A DNA stretch of 64,000 nt from a virus. Taxonomy: Duplodnaviria; Caudoviricetes. The notes below the pieces were generated by a model that saw only the letters and a list, made by a program, of their open reading frames with translations, was not told where the DNA came from and ran no database searches. Below, in pieces: positions 32,832 through 43,539 of the stretch. The stretch is taken from IMG/VR virus record IMGVR_UViG_3300013383_000001, positions 102,365 through 166,364 of that record. One strand, given 5' to 3'. Within the stretch, counting starts at the first letter, position 1. Each line of letters begins with the position of its first letter. The translations under genes were made by a program, and so were the position numbers.

Positions 32832-33074
32832 TTAAATAAAATGAATTGTTAAATAAGTTCCTTCAACTTCCTCATCAGCTTCTGCATTACGAATACGACA
32901 TTCCAATGCTTCTGCATATTTCTTCATTGCGGCAAGTTGAATACATTTATTAGCATACTCTACTTTATCGTCATTTTCAGATCGATCACTATAGATATAA
33001 TTATGAAGTCTTTCAATATGACCTGAAAGCTCTTCATATTCATCACGCATACGTCCAAGATAGTTATTACTCAT
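32832..33074 (-). CDS. Small coiled-coil phage protein
   Basis: RMRDEYEEL...QLAAMKKYAEALECRI. Confidence 0.7.
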   Translation of the reverse strand: MSNNYLGRMRDEYEELSGHIERLHNYIYSDRSENDDKVEYANKCIQLAAMKKYAEALECRIRNAEADEEVEGTYLTIHFI

Positions 33075-33354
33075 AATGTTGTATTTTTACTTTTAGATTA
33101 TTAAATATGTCATTTAGTTTTATACAAAGATCATTTAGATCTTCGCTTGTTAGTTTTGTATATTCTATCATAGTATGACCTAAATAAGGTTTGTCTGAAA
33201 ACATCCAAACTTCGTTTGTTGGATCGTATAGAATCTGACCTCTTAGATTATTATCATCACTATATACAAGAATAATTCCATTTAGATATTCAGGGTAAAT
33301 CTCTGAAGGAATAATAGAGTTATCATCTGGTATTTGAAATAATACATTCAACAT
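33067..33354 (-). CDS. Hypothetical protein, GIILV family member 3
   Basis: LNGIILVYSDDNNLRGQI. Confidence 0.6.
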   Translation of the reverse strand: MLNVLFQIPDDNSIIPSEIYPEYLNGIILVYSDDNNLRGQILYDPTNEVWMFSDKPYLGHTMIEYTKLTSEDLNDLCIKLNDIFNNLKVKIQHYE

Positions 33355-33863
33355 AAATCACGAAAGTTTTTAAAAGTAGTTTTCATAAATAAATTATATA
33401 CTTCCTCTATTTCCTCCTTCTCTAGAGAGAATATTCTACCTATTGGACCCCAATCTTGATTATTATCAGAATCCATTAAGAGAGTAGGAATACCTGCAAG
33501 ATTACATTCTATAAAGTTAGCAATAGAATCGTCTATATGCACATCACATCCACTTCGTCTTAGTTGTGGTACTTTACTCAATCTTACACCGAATACCTGA
33601 TACACAGGTGCAGGAGGTAAGTTATTTTTAATGAGATATTGACGCATCCATCTTTTAGGAATAACTCGTGCAGTAGTATAACAATGTACATCGCATTTAG
33701 GATAATGCTTTATAGGTAAATCCATCCAAAAATTCTTATCTTTACGGAGGATTCTCATTACATTACGAGTTATTTCATAGTCATCAGAAGGATTACCAAA
33801 TCTTTCTAAATAAACTTTATACCAGTAATTTACAGTATCATCTAAATCTAAAGATATTTTCAT
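33348..33863 (-). CDS. HAD-family 5'(3')-deoxyribonucleotidase-like protein
   Basis: DLDDT, YTTAR, K and HIDDS motifs. Confidence 0.8.
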   Translation of the reverse strand: MKISLDLDDTVNYWYKVYLERFGNPSDDYEITRNVMRILRKDKNFWMDLPIKHYPKCDVHCYTTARVIPKRWMRQYLIKNNLPPAPVYQVFGVRLSKVPQLRRSGCDVHIDDSIANFIECNLAGIPTLLMDSDNNQDWGPIGRIFSLEKEEIEEVYNLFMKTTFKNFRDLC

Positions 33864-34078
33864 AGTTCTTCTACATCTTGTATTTTACCAATAAGAATAT
33901 CACTCTTATCAGCAATCTTTATAAATTCATTTAAATCCATTACTTCATCTAAATCATATTTAGATGCTATAGAGGTTATCAGTTTCTCTTTACATTCTGC
34001 GAGAGATCTAGCACTGATAATCATATTATACACTTTACTATATCCTATATCACAGATAGGAATTATATACTTATTCAT
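33860..34078 (-). CDS. Hypothetical protein
   Basis: Operon-packed ORF. Confidence 0.6.
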   Translation of the reverse strand: MNKYIIPICDIGYSKVYNMIISARSLAECKEKLITSIASKYDLDEVMDLNEFIKIADKSDILIGKIQDVEEL

Positions 34079-34292
34079 TAAGTGTAATTATTTCTGACTT
34101 AGTTGGACCAAATGATGTAAAATAAATATCATCATCCACCATGTTAATCAATCTATCGTATGTCATATTAGACATTAATGGAAAACATTTCTGCGCAAAT
34201 ATATCATTTGCAGCATCTTGAGATTCTGCTTCAACTTCATAAAGTTTGACAGTATCCATCCATGTATCACGAATACAATATAAATATTTCAT
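34071..34292 (-). CDS. Hypothetical protein
   Basis: Operon-packed ORF. Confidence 0.6.
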   Translation of the reverse strand: MKYLYCIRDTWMDTVKLYEVEAESQDAANDIFAQKCFPLMSNMTYDRLINMVDDDIYFTSFGPTKSEIITLNE

Positions 34293-34651
34293 TTTAGTAT
34301 TCCTTGTAACGCATTTCTTACATATTCAGGATCACTAACATCTTGAACTTCTTTAGTAGGTTCTATTGCATCAGTTAATACGGCAAACTCATCAGAATGA
34401 ACAAAGTTAAGTTTTACTACTTCGTCATCTGTAAATTCACGTTTACCATATATTTCTACTCTACCATCCTCATTTAGGAGAGCTTCTGTTATCTCATAGT
34501 TCTCCCACTCATCTCCTACGTCTTCAGATGCAACAAGTACGACTCTATCAAAAGTATAGTGACCGTTATGAGCTTGCAATGCTCTTTTAAGCTCATGTAG
34601 TTCTATTCTATTTATAACATTATGCATCCACCAAGTATCACTTCCTTTCAT
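34289..34651 (-). CDS. Hypothetical protein
   Basis: Operon-packed ORF. Confidence 0.6.
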   Translation of the reverse strand: MKGSDTWWMHNVINRIELHELKRALQAHNGHYTFDRVVLVASEDVGDEWENYEITEALLNEDGRVEIYGKREFTDDEVVKLNFVHSDEFAVLTDAIEPTKEVQDVSDPEYVRNALQGILK

Positions 34652-35204
34652 GTACTTCAAATAGTTTAAAAAAGTAATCTATATCTATCATTACTACAGT
34701 ACCAGGACTATTGGTACCTGCTTCTGCTGCTTTCTTCCATATTAAAACAAAATCTCTTGGATCAGGACATTCACTTTTAATTTTAAAATAATTAGGTGTG
34801 TTAGCATAGTTTTTGCACTGAATGGCTATAGGAAGTTTACCAGAAGGATCAGCAATATCGACCTTTGAGTCGTCTAAACGCTTCGATTCAGATGCAGACC
34901 TACATGCTTCTGTAAATCCTATATTTTTAAGTCGATTAACTATTTCAGTTTCTAATTGACCTCCTTTATTTCTACTCTTCTTAGATTGATAAGATCGGAA
35001 AGTAGTATCATTGATCCATTTGCAATGAATTTTATCCTTCTTGCTTGCGGAACCACTTCTAGCCTTATTACACCTAATCTTTATACTAGCTTCACTTAAT
35101 CCTGAAATCTTACTTGCTTCTTCTAATGAAGATGCTATTTGCTTAGATCCATCTTTAAAAGTTATTTCTACAGATGTATCTAATTCTCTCTATCTCTTTG
35201 CCAT
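34638..35204 (-). CDS. Holliday junction resolvase (Hjc-like PD-(D/E)XK) with N-terminal HTH, one TAG at codon 5 (not in ORF track)
   Basis: MAKR[TAG]RELD...KSRNKGGQLETEIVNRLK...KVDI...IQCK. 188 aa, TGA stop. Confidence 0.8.
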
Positions 35205-36172
35205 ATTAAATATTGCTTTATATATTGTTTAACTTGTTCTCTTCCATACTTTTTGAATAAATCTGAAAAATCTTTTGCTCCATACTTTCTAGGAATTATA
35301 AGGCACTTAACTTGAGGATACATCCTCTTTATTTTATTTAAAAATGTAACACCCGTAAGATCATTATCCCATATTGCAAATACATTTTCAAATCTACTAG
35401 TTAAGTCATCTATTAATTCTTTAGATGGTATAACAGTTTCACTATTAGGTGCACAAGCGGGTACTCCTAACGAATAGAAACACATAACATCTTTCATGCT
35501 TTTTGTAATTACACATATTTTACCTTTATCAGGCAATTGCTTATATCCTTGAATATATGTAACTGGATAGTTACCTAAGAATCTATATTCTTTACGTTTA
35601 GGATAATAACATTTCCATAGTTCTCTACCATTATCTATTCCACCAAAATAACCATATATAGGACATTCAGGCTTAGATACAGATAATAATGAATCATTTA
35701 GAAATACATGTTTACAAGAATACACGTTATAATGTCTAAGTATCTTTTCAGATATACCAAACTTATACCACCATTTTAATTCAGATTCATCAAAATCTTT
35801 TAGTTCAACTTGTATCTTAGAATAAGATTTTACTTTTAAAGATGGAGCAATATATCTATCTTTAGATATACTATTTGGGACAATATTAAAATCATTTGCA
35901 ATTATTTTTAATGCTTCATTGTAACTACAATTATACATTGTCTCAACGACTGCAAATATATTTAAATGTTGCCCAGTTGCAAAATCTTTAAAAATAAGTT
36001 CTCTATTTTTATTTCTATAAAAACTACAAGTTGGTTTATTATCCACTCGTAACGGAGAACAGAAAAGTCCCTTTTTAATAGGGACTTTTAAGTAGAAACT
36101 CATTATCTGTTCATCCGATACTTGGGATAGAATATCTTTTTTAGTTACATTTATATTAAATGTAAAACTCAT
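35180..36172 (-). CDS. DNA primase (CHC2 zinc-finger-like + TOPRIM)
   Basis: FCSPLRVDNKPTCSF, ITKSMKDVM, WDNDLTG, KDFSD. Confidence 0.88.
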   Translation of the reverse strand: MSFTFNINVTKKDILSQVSDEQIMSFYLKVPIKKGLFCSPLRVDNKPTCSFYRNKNRELIFKDFATGQHLNIFAVVETMYNCSYNEALKIIANDFNIVPNSISKDRYIAPSLKVKSYSKIQVELKDFDESELKWWYKFGISEKILRHYNVYSCKHVFLNDSLLSVSKPECPIYGYFGGIDNGRELWKCYYPKRKEYRFLGNYPVTYIQGYKQLPDKGKICVITKSMKDVMCFYSLGVPACAPNSETVIPSKELIDDLTSRFENVFAIWDNDLTGVTFLNKIKRMYPQVKCLIIPRKYGAKDFSDLFKKYGREQVKQYIKQYLIWQRDREN

Positions 36173-36915
36173 TAAAGATACTTATCAAAATCAAGGTCTT
36201 CAGTGGATTCATCATTATTAGCAGGAAGATCAAGTGATTCAAGAGGACTATCTTCCTTCATAGGAGTAGGCTTAGCATTCTCATACTTAGACTTCTGCTG
36301 CATTTCGTATGCAGAGAAATTAAGTTTATCACCAAACGGACTAATAAGCCAAGTATACCACTCTCCAATCTTTACTCCATTGCTTTCAGCAGACTTCTCA
36401 TTCTTTGCCTGAGCAATACCAGTAAAGCGAGGGAATGATGCGAATACAGTACCATTAGATTCTCTTCCAAGAAGTTTCATTCCAGTGGATACTTTATTAA
36501 GGTTTGCTTTACCCATCTTAACGAAGGCATTAGCAATATCATCAAAAGTTTTAGCCTTTGCAGATGCAGCTTGAAGTTTACCAAAATCATTAGGAAAGAA
36601 AGCAAATCCAATAGCAGCAAGCTCATTACTTACATTAGTCCAATTACTAGGAACCATTCTTTTGCCGCCATTAGAGCCATCTACTTCACGCATTTGGAAA
36701 TTAGAATTATCATTCGTTATAAAGAAGATATTATGCTTATAACTTCCTTCATCACAAGAGAATGTTACTTGAATTGCCTTCCATTCATTACCATCAGATT
36801 TCTTTCCTGAAATAATATCAATATCACTCATCTTTACATCCTTGTAAATATTATAAGGCTTGAGATAAGAGGTTGTATTTGCAGGTTTTACTTCACTAAG
36901 ACTAAAATTAAACAT
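36172..36915 (-). CDS. Probable single-stranded DNA-binding protein
   Basis: Position in the replication module, beta-rich, acidic tail STEDLDFDKYL. Confidence 0.6.
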   Translation of the reverse strand: MFNFSLSEVKPANTTSYLKPYNIYKDVKMSDIDIISGKKSDGNEWKAIQVTFSCDEGSYKHNIFFITNDNSNFQMREVDGSNGGKRMVPSNWTNVSNELAAIGFAFFPNDFGKLQAASAKAKTFDDIANAFVKMGKANLNKVSTGMKLLGRESNGTVFASFPRFTGIAQAKNEKSAESNGVKIGEWYTWLISPFGDKLNFSAYEMQQKSKYENAKPTPMKEDSPLESLDLPANNDESTEDLDFDKYL

Positions 36916-36927
36916 ATTCTTTAAATA

Positions 36928-37464
36928 TTAAAGTTGAAACATTGAAACATCTACTTCTTCTTTATCACCATCTATAAGGTCTTCGAGATCTATAGGAAGG
37001 TCTGTAACTTCTTCACTAAGTTCTTCAATCTTTATCTCTTTATCACCTTTAAGTATAAACAATCCATCTCTTTCAGGATGTTTAATCACATCAAAGATAG
37101 TTCCATACTTCTCCAGTTCAGTATGTTTAACACCCCTACAAGGGACGTTATTAGACTGATTGAGAGCGTTACCTCCTTTAGTGCCGAATACTTCATCAGT
37201 ACCAATTACAGGACGCATAACACCCTCTATCTTCTCGTATTTAATGTCTATCTTATCTCCCTTCTCAACTCCGAGAAGTTCAACAGCTGCTTCTGTAAGA
37301 TGATATTTATTCTCCTCAAGAATAAGTTGAGGATTAGGATTCTCTTCCTTTTTCTTCTTTTTAGGCTTAGAAACCTTTACAGATTTACACTCACCAGTTT
37401 CCTTGTTAACTACAAGAAACTCTTTAGTGTCAGTATTATATTCAAATTCAAATTGGATTATCAT
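36928..37464 (-). CDS. Hypothetical protein in the replication module
   Basis: AbrB-like segment AVELLGVEKGDKIDI, acidic tail. Confidence 0.6.
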   Translation of the reverse strand: MIIQFEFEYNTDTKEFLVVNKETGECKSVKVSKPKKKKKEENPNPQLILEENKYHLTEAAVELLGVEKGDKIDIKYEKIEGVMRPVIGTDEVFGTKGGNALNQSNNVPCRGVKHTELEKYGTIFDVIKHPERDGLFILKGDKEIKIEELSEEVTDLPIDLEDLIDGDKEEVDVSMFQL

Positions 37465-38159
37465 GCTTCGTTATATTCCTTTATACGATTAATTACATAA
37501 TTAAGATCATTGTCGATATACATCTCATCAAACAATCCTATAGGACTTTTTGCAGTACAAGTTCCATCTGAATTAGTAAGGAATTTATAAGAAATCTCAC
37601 CAGATCCCTCATCTTTCTTTACTCTTGTGAATAGAACGTAACTAAAAAGACCCTCAAGTGTTATAACAGAATCAAGCATCTTTCCTAAGGTCTTGATCTT
37701 ATAATAACTATTGATATTATCACCTGTATTCTCACTATGGGTCATAATTACTACATTCAGATCATCTCTAAGATCCATACCTAGCTTAAGAGCTTCATAC
37801 GCATGCTTAGCGATGTCAGTAAACTTCGAATACCCTTTTTCTTCCACTCTATCCATCGATTCGAAGGCTTGAAGATATTGAAAGTCATCTATAACCAAAG
37901 TTTTTATGTTAGGTAGCTTCTTATCTACAAGACTCATTATTTTCTTAATGTTCTCAATGTTTGCAGTAGTGTAAAAGTTACCTTTAAACGATTTACTTTC
38001 TTGGTCGATAGTAAAATTAGGATATTTCTTCTTAGCTCCCGGAATACCAGGTCTTTTACCAGTTGTAGAAATAATAAATACTTCCTCAGGGTTTAGATTG
38101 CGAATTGAAGAGGTTTTTCCGCTTCCTGAGTCGCCAACAATAGCTATAAGCTCGCTCAT
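37461..38159 (-). CDS. AAA_24 / Sak4-like ATPase
   Basis: Walker A GDSGSGKT, Walker B LVIDD, TAKSP. Confidence 0.85.
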   Translation of the reverse strand: MSELIAIVGDSGSGKTSSIRNLNPEEVFIISTTGKRPGIPGAKKKYPNFTIDQESKSFKGNFYTTANIENIKKIMSLVDKKLPNIKTLVIDDFQYLQAFESMDRVEEKGYSKFTDIAKHAYEALKLGMDLRDDLNVVIMTHSENTGDNINSYYKIKTLGKMLDSVITLEGLFSYVLFTRVKKDEGSGEISYKFLTNSDGTCTAKSPIGLFDEMYIDNDLNYVINRIKEYNEA

Positions 38160-39236
38160 TTACAATTTAAATTTAAAATTTTCATTTTGAGTATCTTTAG
38201 TTTCTGAATTATCTAGAATCCATTTCGGAGTTCTATATTTTTCATAGTCATAAACTTCATCTGGCTTAGGTAGTTCACGGAAATAATTAATCCACCCATA
38301 AAAACTTACTCCAATTTCTACATCACAATCTCCAAATCGATTCTTTAGAACCATAATGCTTCTAAATGTTCCTTGGAGCCTAGATATATCATACTTCTTA
38401 TAAGTTTTTAATGCATCTCTAAATGGATTATATAGTGCAATCATTACATTACAATCTTGCACAGTATTTCCACTGTCCTTTGCATCATTGATAGTAAAGG
38501 CAGACTTACCTTGCTTGAAACGCTCTATGTTGCCTTGCTCTCTATTAGCCTGTTGAATAACAACTGGACTTATTCCGCATTTCTCTCTTAGTGTTACTAG
38601 ATAACTAGATAAGAGATCCATCTCTTGTTTCAAACTTCGTCCTTGTTGCGGTCTTATTAGTCCAATATGGTCTATAATTACATTATAAATAAGATTTGGA
38701 TTATTAGGAGTATAAGTTAACTTATTCTCAGTTTCCTTAAAAGTACCCATCTCTTCTAATCTCTTTCTAAGAATAGCATATACAGTATTAGCGTGTACTT
38801 GCTTATCATAGATTTCTAATTTAGAAGAGATTTTATCAATCCAAGGCTTACATTTAAGTATTAGATCATAGTGTTCATCGGATAACACATAATTTGATTC
38901 TCTAGATAGTATCTTTTTAAAAGATAATTCTATTCCATAAGTTTCAAATATATAGATAGATAATAGCTTTATAAATAGAGATGTTTCATTCATTTCTAAT
39001 GAAAAATACAGTATTTTAAAGTCATCATCATCTAAATGTGCCATAAGAGGCTTATAGACATATGAAAATAGAGCAAATGAAGTTTTACCTGCTCCTGAAT
39101 TTGACAGGATTAAAGTGTAAGTGTCTCTACACACTCCATCAATAACTCCTTCCAATTTTGGGAGTCCAAATGGTATACCATGATTAAGTCCTTGTCTTCC
39201 TCGATCGATTTCTTTAAAAATGTTATCTGAAATCAT
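38160..39236 (-). CDS. DnaB-like replicative helicase
   Basis: SNSGAGKT, YFSLEM, IIDHIGL, QQANR, LKNRFG. Confidence 0.88.
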   Translation of the reverse strand: MISDNIFKEIDRGRQGLNHGIPFGLPKLEGVIDGVCRDTYTLILSNSGAGKTSFALFSYVYKPLMAHLDDDDFKILYFSLEMNETSLFIKLLSIYIFETYGIELSFKKILSRESNYVLSDEHYDLILKCKPWIDKISSKLEIYDKQVHANTVYAILRKRLEEMGTFKETENKLTYTPNNPNLIYNVIIDHIGLIRPQQGRSLKQEMDLLSSYLVTLREKCGISPVVIQQANREQGNIERFKQGKSAFTINDAKDSGNTVQDCNVMIALYNPFRDALKTYKKYDISRLQGTFRSIMVLKNRFGDCDVEIGVSFYGWINYFRELPKPDEVYDYEKYRTPKWILDNSETKDTQNENFKFKL

Positions 39237-39853
39237 AACATTTCTATGGTATCAAAGTTAATGTTACCACTTGTTCCGTCTCGTAATGCTTTAAGATCAT
39301 TCCATTTTTGATCCACAATAAAAGTAGCTAAAGAGCAATTAATTATATTGTTTTCATTAGCCCATTTAACTAATTCTATTATTTCACTATGTACATCAGG
39401 ATTAAATCTTATTGCTTTACCATATTTAAAATAAGCATCTTCAAGAGAATTAAACTTTTTGGCAACACCTCTTAGTGAGGTTAAATTACCTCCAACATAT
39501 CCAAATTGAGGGTATGCTTCAAACAATTCTTTCCCTAATTCAAAAGAGCATTTATAAAGATTTTTGACTTTATTTTTATTTAAAGGAATCTCATCAATAC
39601 TTTCTTTAAATTCCTCAGGATTAGAAGGAATAATATATGATTTATTTATAATTCCTTTATCTTGAAGAGATTTAATAATAGTACTTAGTTTAATGTTAGA
39701 TAAATACAACACTTCACAGAACTCACCAAATAAATTATTATCTCCATCTTCCTGACGAATAAGGAGTGCTCTCATAAACATAAACTCATTTGCATCTATC
39801 TTATTCTCTTGCATGAAGCGTATTTCAGTATCTAATGTAGGTATTAAATTCAA
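39233..39853 (-). CDS. Hypothetical protein upstream of the helicase (possible loader)
   Basis: wHTH-like IKSLQDKGII, ELFEAYP. Confidence 0.6.
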   Translation of the reverse strand: MNLIPTLDTEIRFMQENKIDANEFMFMRALLIRQEDGDNNLFGEFCEVLYLSNIKLSTIIKSLQDKGIINKSYIIPSNPEEFKESIDEIPLNKNKVKNLYKCSFELGKELFEAYPQFGYVGGNLTSLRGVAKKFNSLEDAYFKYGKAIRFNPDVHSEIIELVKWANENNIINCSLATFIVDQKWNDLKALRDGTSGNINFDTIEML

Positions 39854-39903
39854 TAGTTAAAGATTAAAACATTACTGAGTCTATCTCTAACTATTATACG
39901 TTA

Positions 39904-40095
39904 TTACTTTTTCAAGTCTTTATCGATAATATATGGTTCTAAAAATTCATCTATTAGCTTATAAAGATCGTTTTTAAACTTACTTCCATTATAAGTTTTA
40001 CCTTTATAAACAAACTCATCAGTAACTCCTTCATATCTGATCATTTCCATGATTTTACACATACAAAGGAATATCAACATTCTTTCTTTAATCAT
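39904..40095 (-). CDS. Hypothetical protein
   Basis: Short operon-packed ORF. Confidence 0.5.
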   Translation of the reverse strand: MIKERMLIFLCMCKIMEMIRYEGVTDEFVYKGKTYNGSKFKNDLYKLIDEFLEPYIIDKDLKK

Positions 40096-40097
40096 AA

Positions 40098-41357
40098 TTA
40101 ATATCTAAATGTAAATTTAGGTATATTCTTTACATAAGGTTTAGGTTCTTTACCTTGAAGAATATCATTCAGTCCATTTTCATCTATAGTAATGTATTGC
40201 CCTTCTATATGGCTATTTTCAAACCATTTAGTCTCTACTGTGGAGTTAATGATAAGATTAAATATCATTGCTTCCTTATCACCTTCTCTACGGACAACAC
40301 GTCCGACCCTTTGTGTGGCTTTAATCTTAGAAGAGTCAATTCCAAGCATGATTGCTATAGATAATCCTGGTAAATCGAGCCCCTCATCAGCCTTTCTTAC
40401 TGAGCTGAGCACGCCGGAAGGAAGTTTAGAAAATTCTTCAAGTGTAATCCTACCTTTTTTCTTAGAATCTCGTCCTGTATATACATATCCTATACCAATA
40501 GATTCTGCCATCTTCACATTATTAGAAAATGTAATAATCTTCTTATCAGGAAATGCTTCTATTATTCTACGAGCTACTTCAAGTTTCTTAGGATGATTAT
40601 TTATAAATGCTTTACGTTGTTGAATTGCTTTTGTAAAGCCTATAGCATGGTAATTGATATTTTTAAAGACTCTTTTCCGTTCTTCTTCTGTTCCATTAGG
40701 GCACATTTCATCACGGAGTTTAGCTCTTTCTTTAAAACCATCTTTACCCACGCATTTGAGGGCTCTATCGAATGAGAATCCAAAAAATTCAAAATGTTCA
40801 GTAAAACTCTTATTATACTCTTTATAAATATCAATATCATCTACATCTAAAATAACTTGATACTCTTTAAATGCAGAAACCCAACCTTTAAGCTGGGCTT
40901 CTGCTAATGTAATTCGATCAAAAACAGGACAAAATTTATTAATTAAAACATGCTTTCCATCAAGACGTTCAATAGTAGCAGTTAAGCCTAGAATCATTGA
41001 ATACCTAACCTTTTCAAACACTTTCTTGAAGGTTTCCGCGAATACTCTATGAATTTCATCGATTACGACTAAATCACAGGTGTATTCATGTTTAATAACT
41101 GTATTAATTACCTCTACCGTACAATTAAGAGATAAACCTTGAGAATCTAATAGACTTAACCATTGATCCTTAAGTGCAGTAGTTGGTACTACTATTAATA
41201 CAGTTTTATCTGGATCTACCTTCAAAATAGATTTAATACAGTCAATTCCTACTCTTGTTTTACCAAACCCAGTACAAGCTTCCAATGTTCCTTTACATTT
41301 ATGCTTAATCCACCCTACTCTACATTCTTCTTGACGAGCAGTCCTATCATCAATCAA
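40098..41357 (-). CDS. Superfamily 2 helicase (UvsW/XPB-like)
   Basis: TGFGKT, DEIH, GLTAT, EGLDLP, QRVGRVVR. Confidence 0.9.
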   Translation of the reverse strand: MIDDRTARQEECRVGWIKHKCKGTLEACTGFGKTRVGIDCIKSILKVDPDKTVLIVVPTTALKDQWLSLLDSQGLSLNCTVEVINTVIKHEYTCDLVVIDEIHRVFAETFKKVFEKVRYSMILGLTATIERLDGKHVLINKFCPVFDRITLAEAQLKGWVSAFKEYQVILDVDDIDIYKEYNKSFTEHFEFFGFSFDRALKCVGKDGFKERAKLRDEMCPNGTEEERKRVFKNINYHAIGFTKAIQQRKAFINNHPKKLEVARRIIEAFPDKKIITFSNNVKMAESIGIGYVYTGRDSKKKGRITLEEFSKLPSGVLSSVRKADEGLDLPGLSIAIMLGIDSSKIKATQRVGRVVRREGDKEAMIFNLIINSTVETKWFENSHIEGQYITIDENGLNDILQGKEPKPYVKNIPKFTFRY

Positions 41358-42228
41358 TATAAATATCCTTATATTCTGCTACTTTCTCGATTTCTTGCAT
41401 CTTCTTCTCCCAAGTAGTAGCATGATAATTAACTTCACCTTCCAAACGATACAGAATCTTATTACGAAGAATAGTAAGTTGCTCAGTAGTAAGTTCTGAA
41501 TACTTTTTAGTACGATATGCTCTAAGAATAAGCATTGCACGAAGTTCAGAGAATGTAAGACCACCTGCCTTTACGGTAAGTTTTACATTCGGACGTATAT
41601 TAAGTTGTTCCTTAATCATTTCCATCTTACTACGGCGTTTACCTTCAAGGTCTTTACCATTGAACTCATCAAGTTCTTTAGATGTAAGACAGATGCCAAG
41701 ATTAAGAATAAAGTTAAATGTGATATGCTTAGAATTAAATGTTCCAAACTTATCAAGACAGCAATCTACAAGTTGACCAAGAGTAATCTTAGAAAACTCA
41801 ACAGGAACTCCATGCAAGAATGTAGTTATAGGAGATGAATCAAAATCATTCTCTGTAAAATACTCTTTATTCTGCTTTTTAAAGTCAAGAATACGTTGAA
41901 GCCAAGTAAAACGAGGACACTTTGTATCATCATTAGAAAAGTCTCCACTCTCAAGTTTACGAACAAACAATTCGACATTACACATATCTCTTTGTTCACG
42001 AATCATATCCAAGAGAACATATCGACCAGGATTCTTTTTGTCAGTGCTATAAAGCATAGATTTACAATGATCGTAGAACTTCTGAAGTTCTGCACCATCA
42101 CAATCAATCAAACGTTTCTCTGGTTGAGTTCCATCACTTTGCTTAGCAAATTTCCAAACAAAAGTCTTTACATCATTCTTTTTTGCAGTTTCCGCTTCTT
42201 TAAGTTTTTCTTCCATTACTGTTGCCAT
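41350..42228 (-). CDS. Hypothetical protein
   Basis: 292-aa ORF with biased codon usage. Confidence 0.7.
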   Translation of the reverse strand: MATVMEEKLKEAETAKKNDVKTFVWKFAKQSDGTQPEKRLIDCDGAELQKFYDHCKSMLYSTDKKNPGRYVLLDMIREQRDMCNVELFVRKLESGDFSNDDTKCPRFTWLQRILDFKKQNKEYFTENDFDSSPITTFLHGVPVEFSKITLGQLVDCCLDKFGTFNSKHITFNFILNLGICLTSKELDEFNGKDLEGKRRSKMEMIKEQLNIRPNVKLTVKAGGLTFSELRAMLILRAYRTKKYSELTTEQLTILRNKILYRLEGEVNYHATTWEKKMQEIEKVAEYKDIYID

Positions 42229-42240
42229 GATTTTCTAAAT

Positions 42241-42555
42241 TTATAAATAATAATAGTAATCTTTCGCATTCTTTTTAGGATCATCTATAAATAAATGAAA
42301 ATACACGGCATTATATTTATAAGGATTATTATTCTCTCCATCATACCAAGTATCTTCACCTGCTTTCACTTCTCTAGTAGTTAAATATCCTACATCTCCT
42401 AATTCAATGTTACTACAATTCCAATTAGGAAGTCTTGTACAGGATATATAAATACGTTCTTCTACATTATCTACATCTCGGAATACATAATTAGTGTATC
42501 CCATAGAGTCTTCTTGTTTTGCGATCAATTTTGCATGAATAGTTTTTTCATTCAT
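42241..42555 (-). CDS. Hypothetical protein, OB-fold-like
   Basis: Beta-rich, IELGDVGYL. Confidence 0.6.
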   Translation of the reverse strand: MNEKTIHAKLIAKQEDSMGYTNYVFRDVDNVEERIYISCTRLPNWNCSNIELGDVGYLTTREVKAGEDTWYDGENNNPYKYNAVYFHLFIDDPKKNAKDYYYYL

Positions 42556-42668
42556 TATAATAAATACATCCTAAACTAGCAAAATTAGACTTACAATTAT
42601 CTATACCCTCAAAACAAGGGTATTTCTTACATTTAGAACAACTATTATTTAAGTTAACTGTTTTTGGT

Positions 42669-43274
42669 TTACTCATGTATGAACTTTTTCCGCCAATTAA
42701 AGAACTTAAATACTTTCTCAAACTTATGAGGATTCTTCTTCAATTCCTTAAATACCATTTGTTCAGAATTATCAAAAGACTCTTTAAGTTCATTCATCTC
42801 TTTAATCTTATTATATTGTGCTTTAGCTTTGTCATACCCTGTAATATAATTACCAGGATTATTCTTAAGATAAAGTGCTTCTCTTTTAAGAATTGCATCT
42901 ACAGTATCATTATTTATAAGTCCTTTATCTGATACGAACATACAAGGATCTGAATTTCTTGCACGTTCTAAAGCAATTTTCTTTCCGAGTTCAATATTAA
43001 ATTCATCCTCAGGAGAGCAAATAGATACACCAAGTGAGAGTTGTTTACGAACAATTCCAATTGTTTCATTATCTTCAGCATCTACTTTATTAGTAATATA
43101 TCTACTTACCCAATGTGTTACAGGAGTTTCTGCACCAAATATAAATGGCTTAAAATCTTCCAGTTCATAAGCCTTAGTAGGAAGTTCTTGGCTTAGTGCA
43201 CAGATTACAAAGTTATGTTCAAGACCTGAGAAATCAGTAAACTTATCTATTATGTAATTTATTCTTTCTTTCAT
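42669..43274 (-). CDS. Hypothetical phage protein
   Basis: GVSICSPEDEFNIELGKKIALERA motif. Confidence 0.65.
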   Translation of the reverse strand: MKERINYIIDKFTDFSGLEHNFVICALSQELPTKAYELEDFKPFIFGAETPVTHWVSRYITNKVDAEDNETIGIVRKQLSLGVSICSPEDEFNIELGKKIALERARNSDPCMFVSDKGLINNDTVDAILKREALYLKNNPGNYITGYDKAKAQYNKIKEMNELKESFDNSEQMVFKELKKNPHKFEKVFKFFNWRKKFIHE

Positions 43275-43539
43275 AAACTTTTAATTTATTAGATTTTACA
43301 AATTCTTCTGTTACGGCAATGCAATTAATATGTGTATCAATAGTATATCCTTTGAATTGTTTTACAGATACACTATTTTTAATAGTAAGTGCATTATCAC
43401 GTTTTATAAATTCTGATTTAATACAATAGAATTTATTAGAAGTAGTGAGATATTGACTTACTTCATATAGGAAATAAGGCAATATCTCAACAACATCATC
43501 GCCAAAACGGTACCTCGTTGGGAGCGTAAGTTTTGCCAT
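43243..43539 (-). CDS. Hypothetical protein
   Basis: Operon-packed ORF. Confidence 0.6.
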   Translation of the reverse strand: MAKLTLPTRYRFGDDVVEILPYFLYEVSQYLTTSNKFYCIKSEFIKRDNALTIKNSVSVKQFKGYTIDTHINCIAVTEEFVKSNKLKVYERKNKLHNR

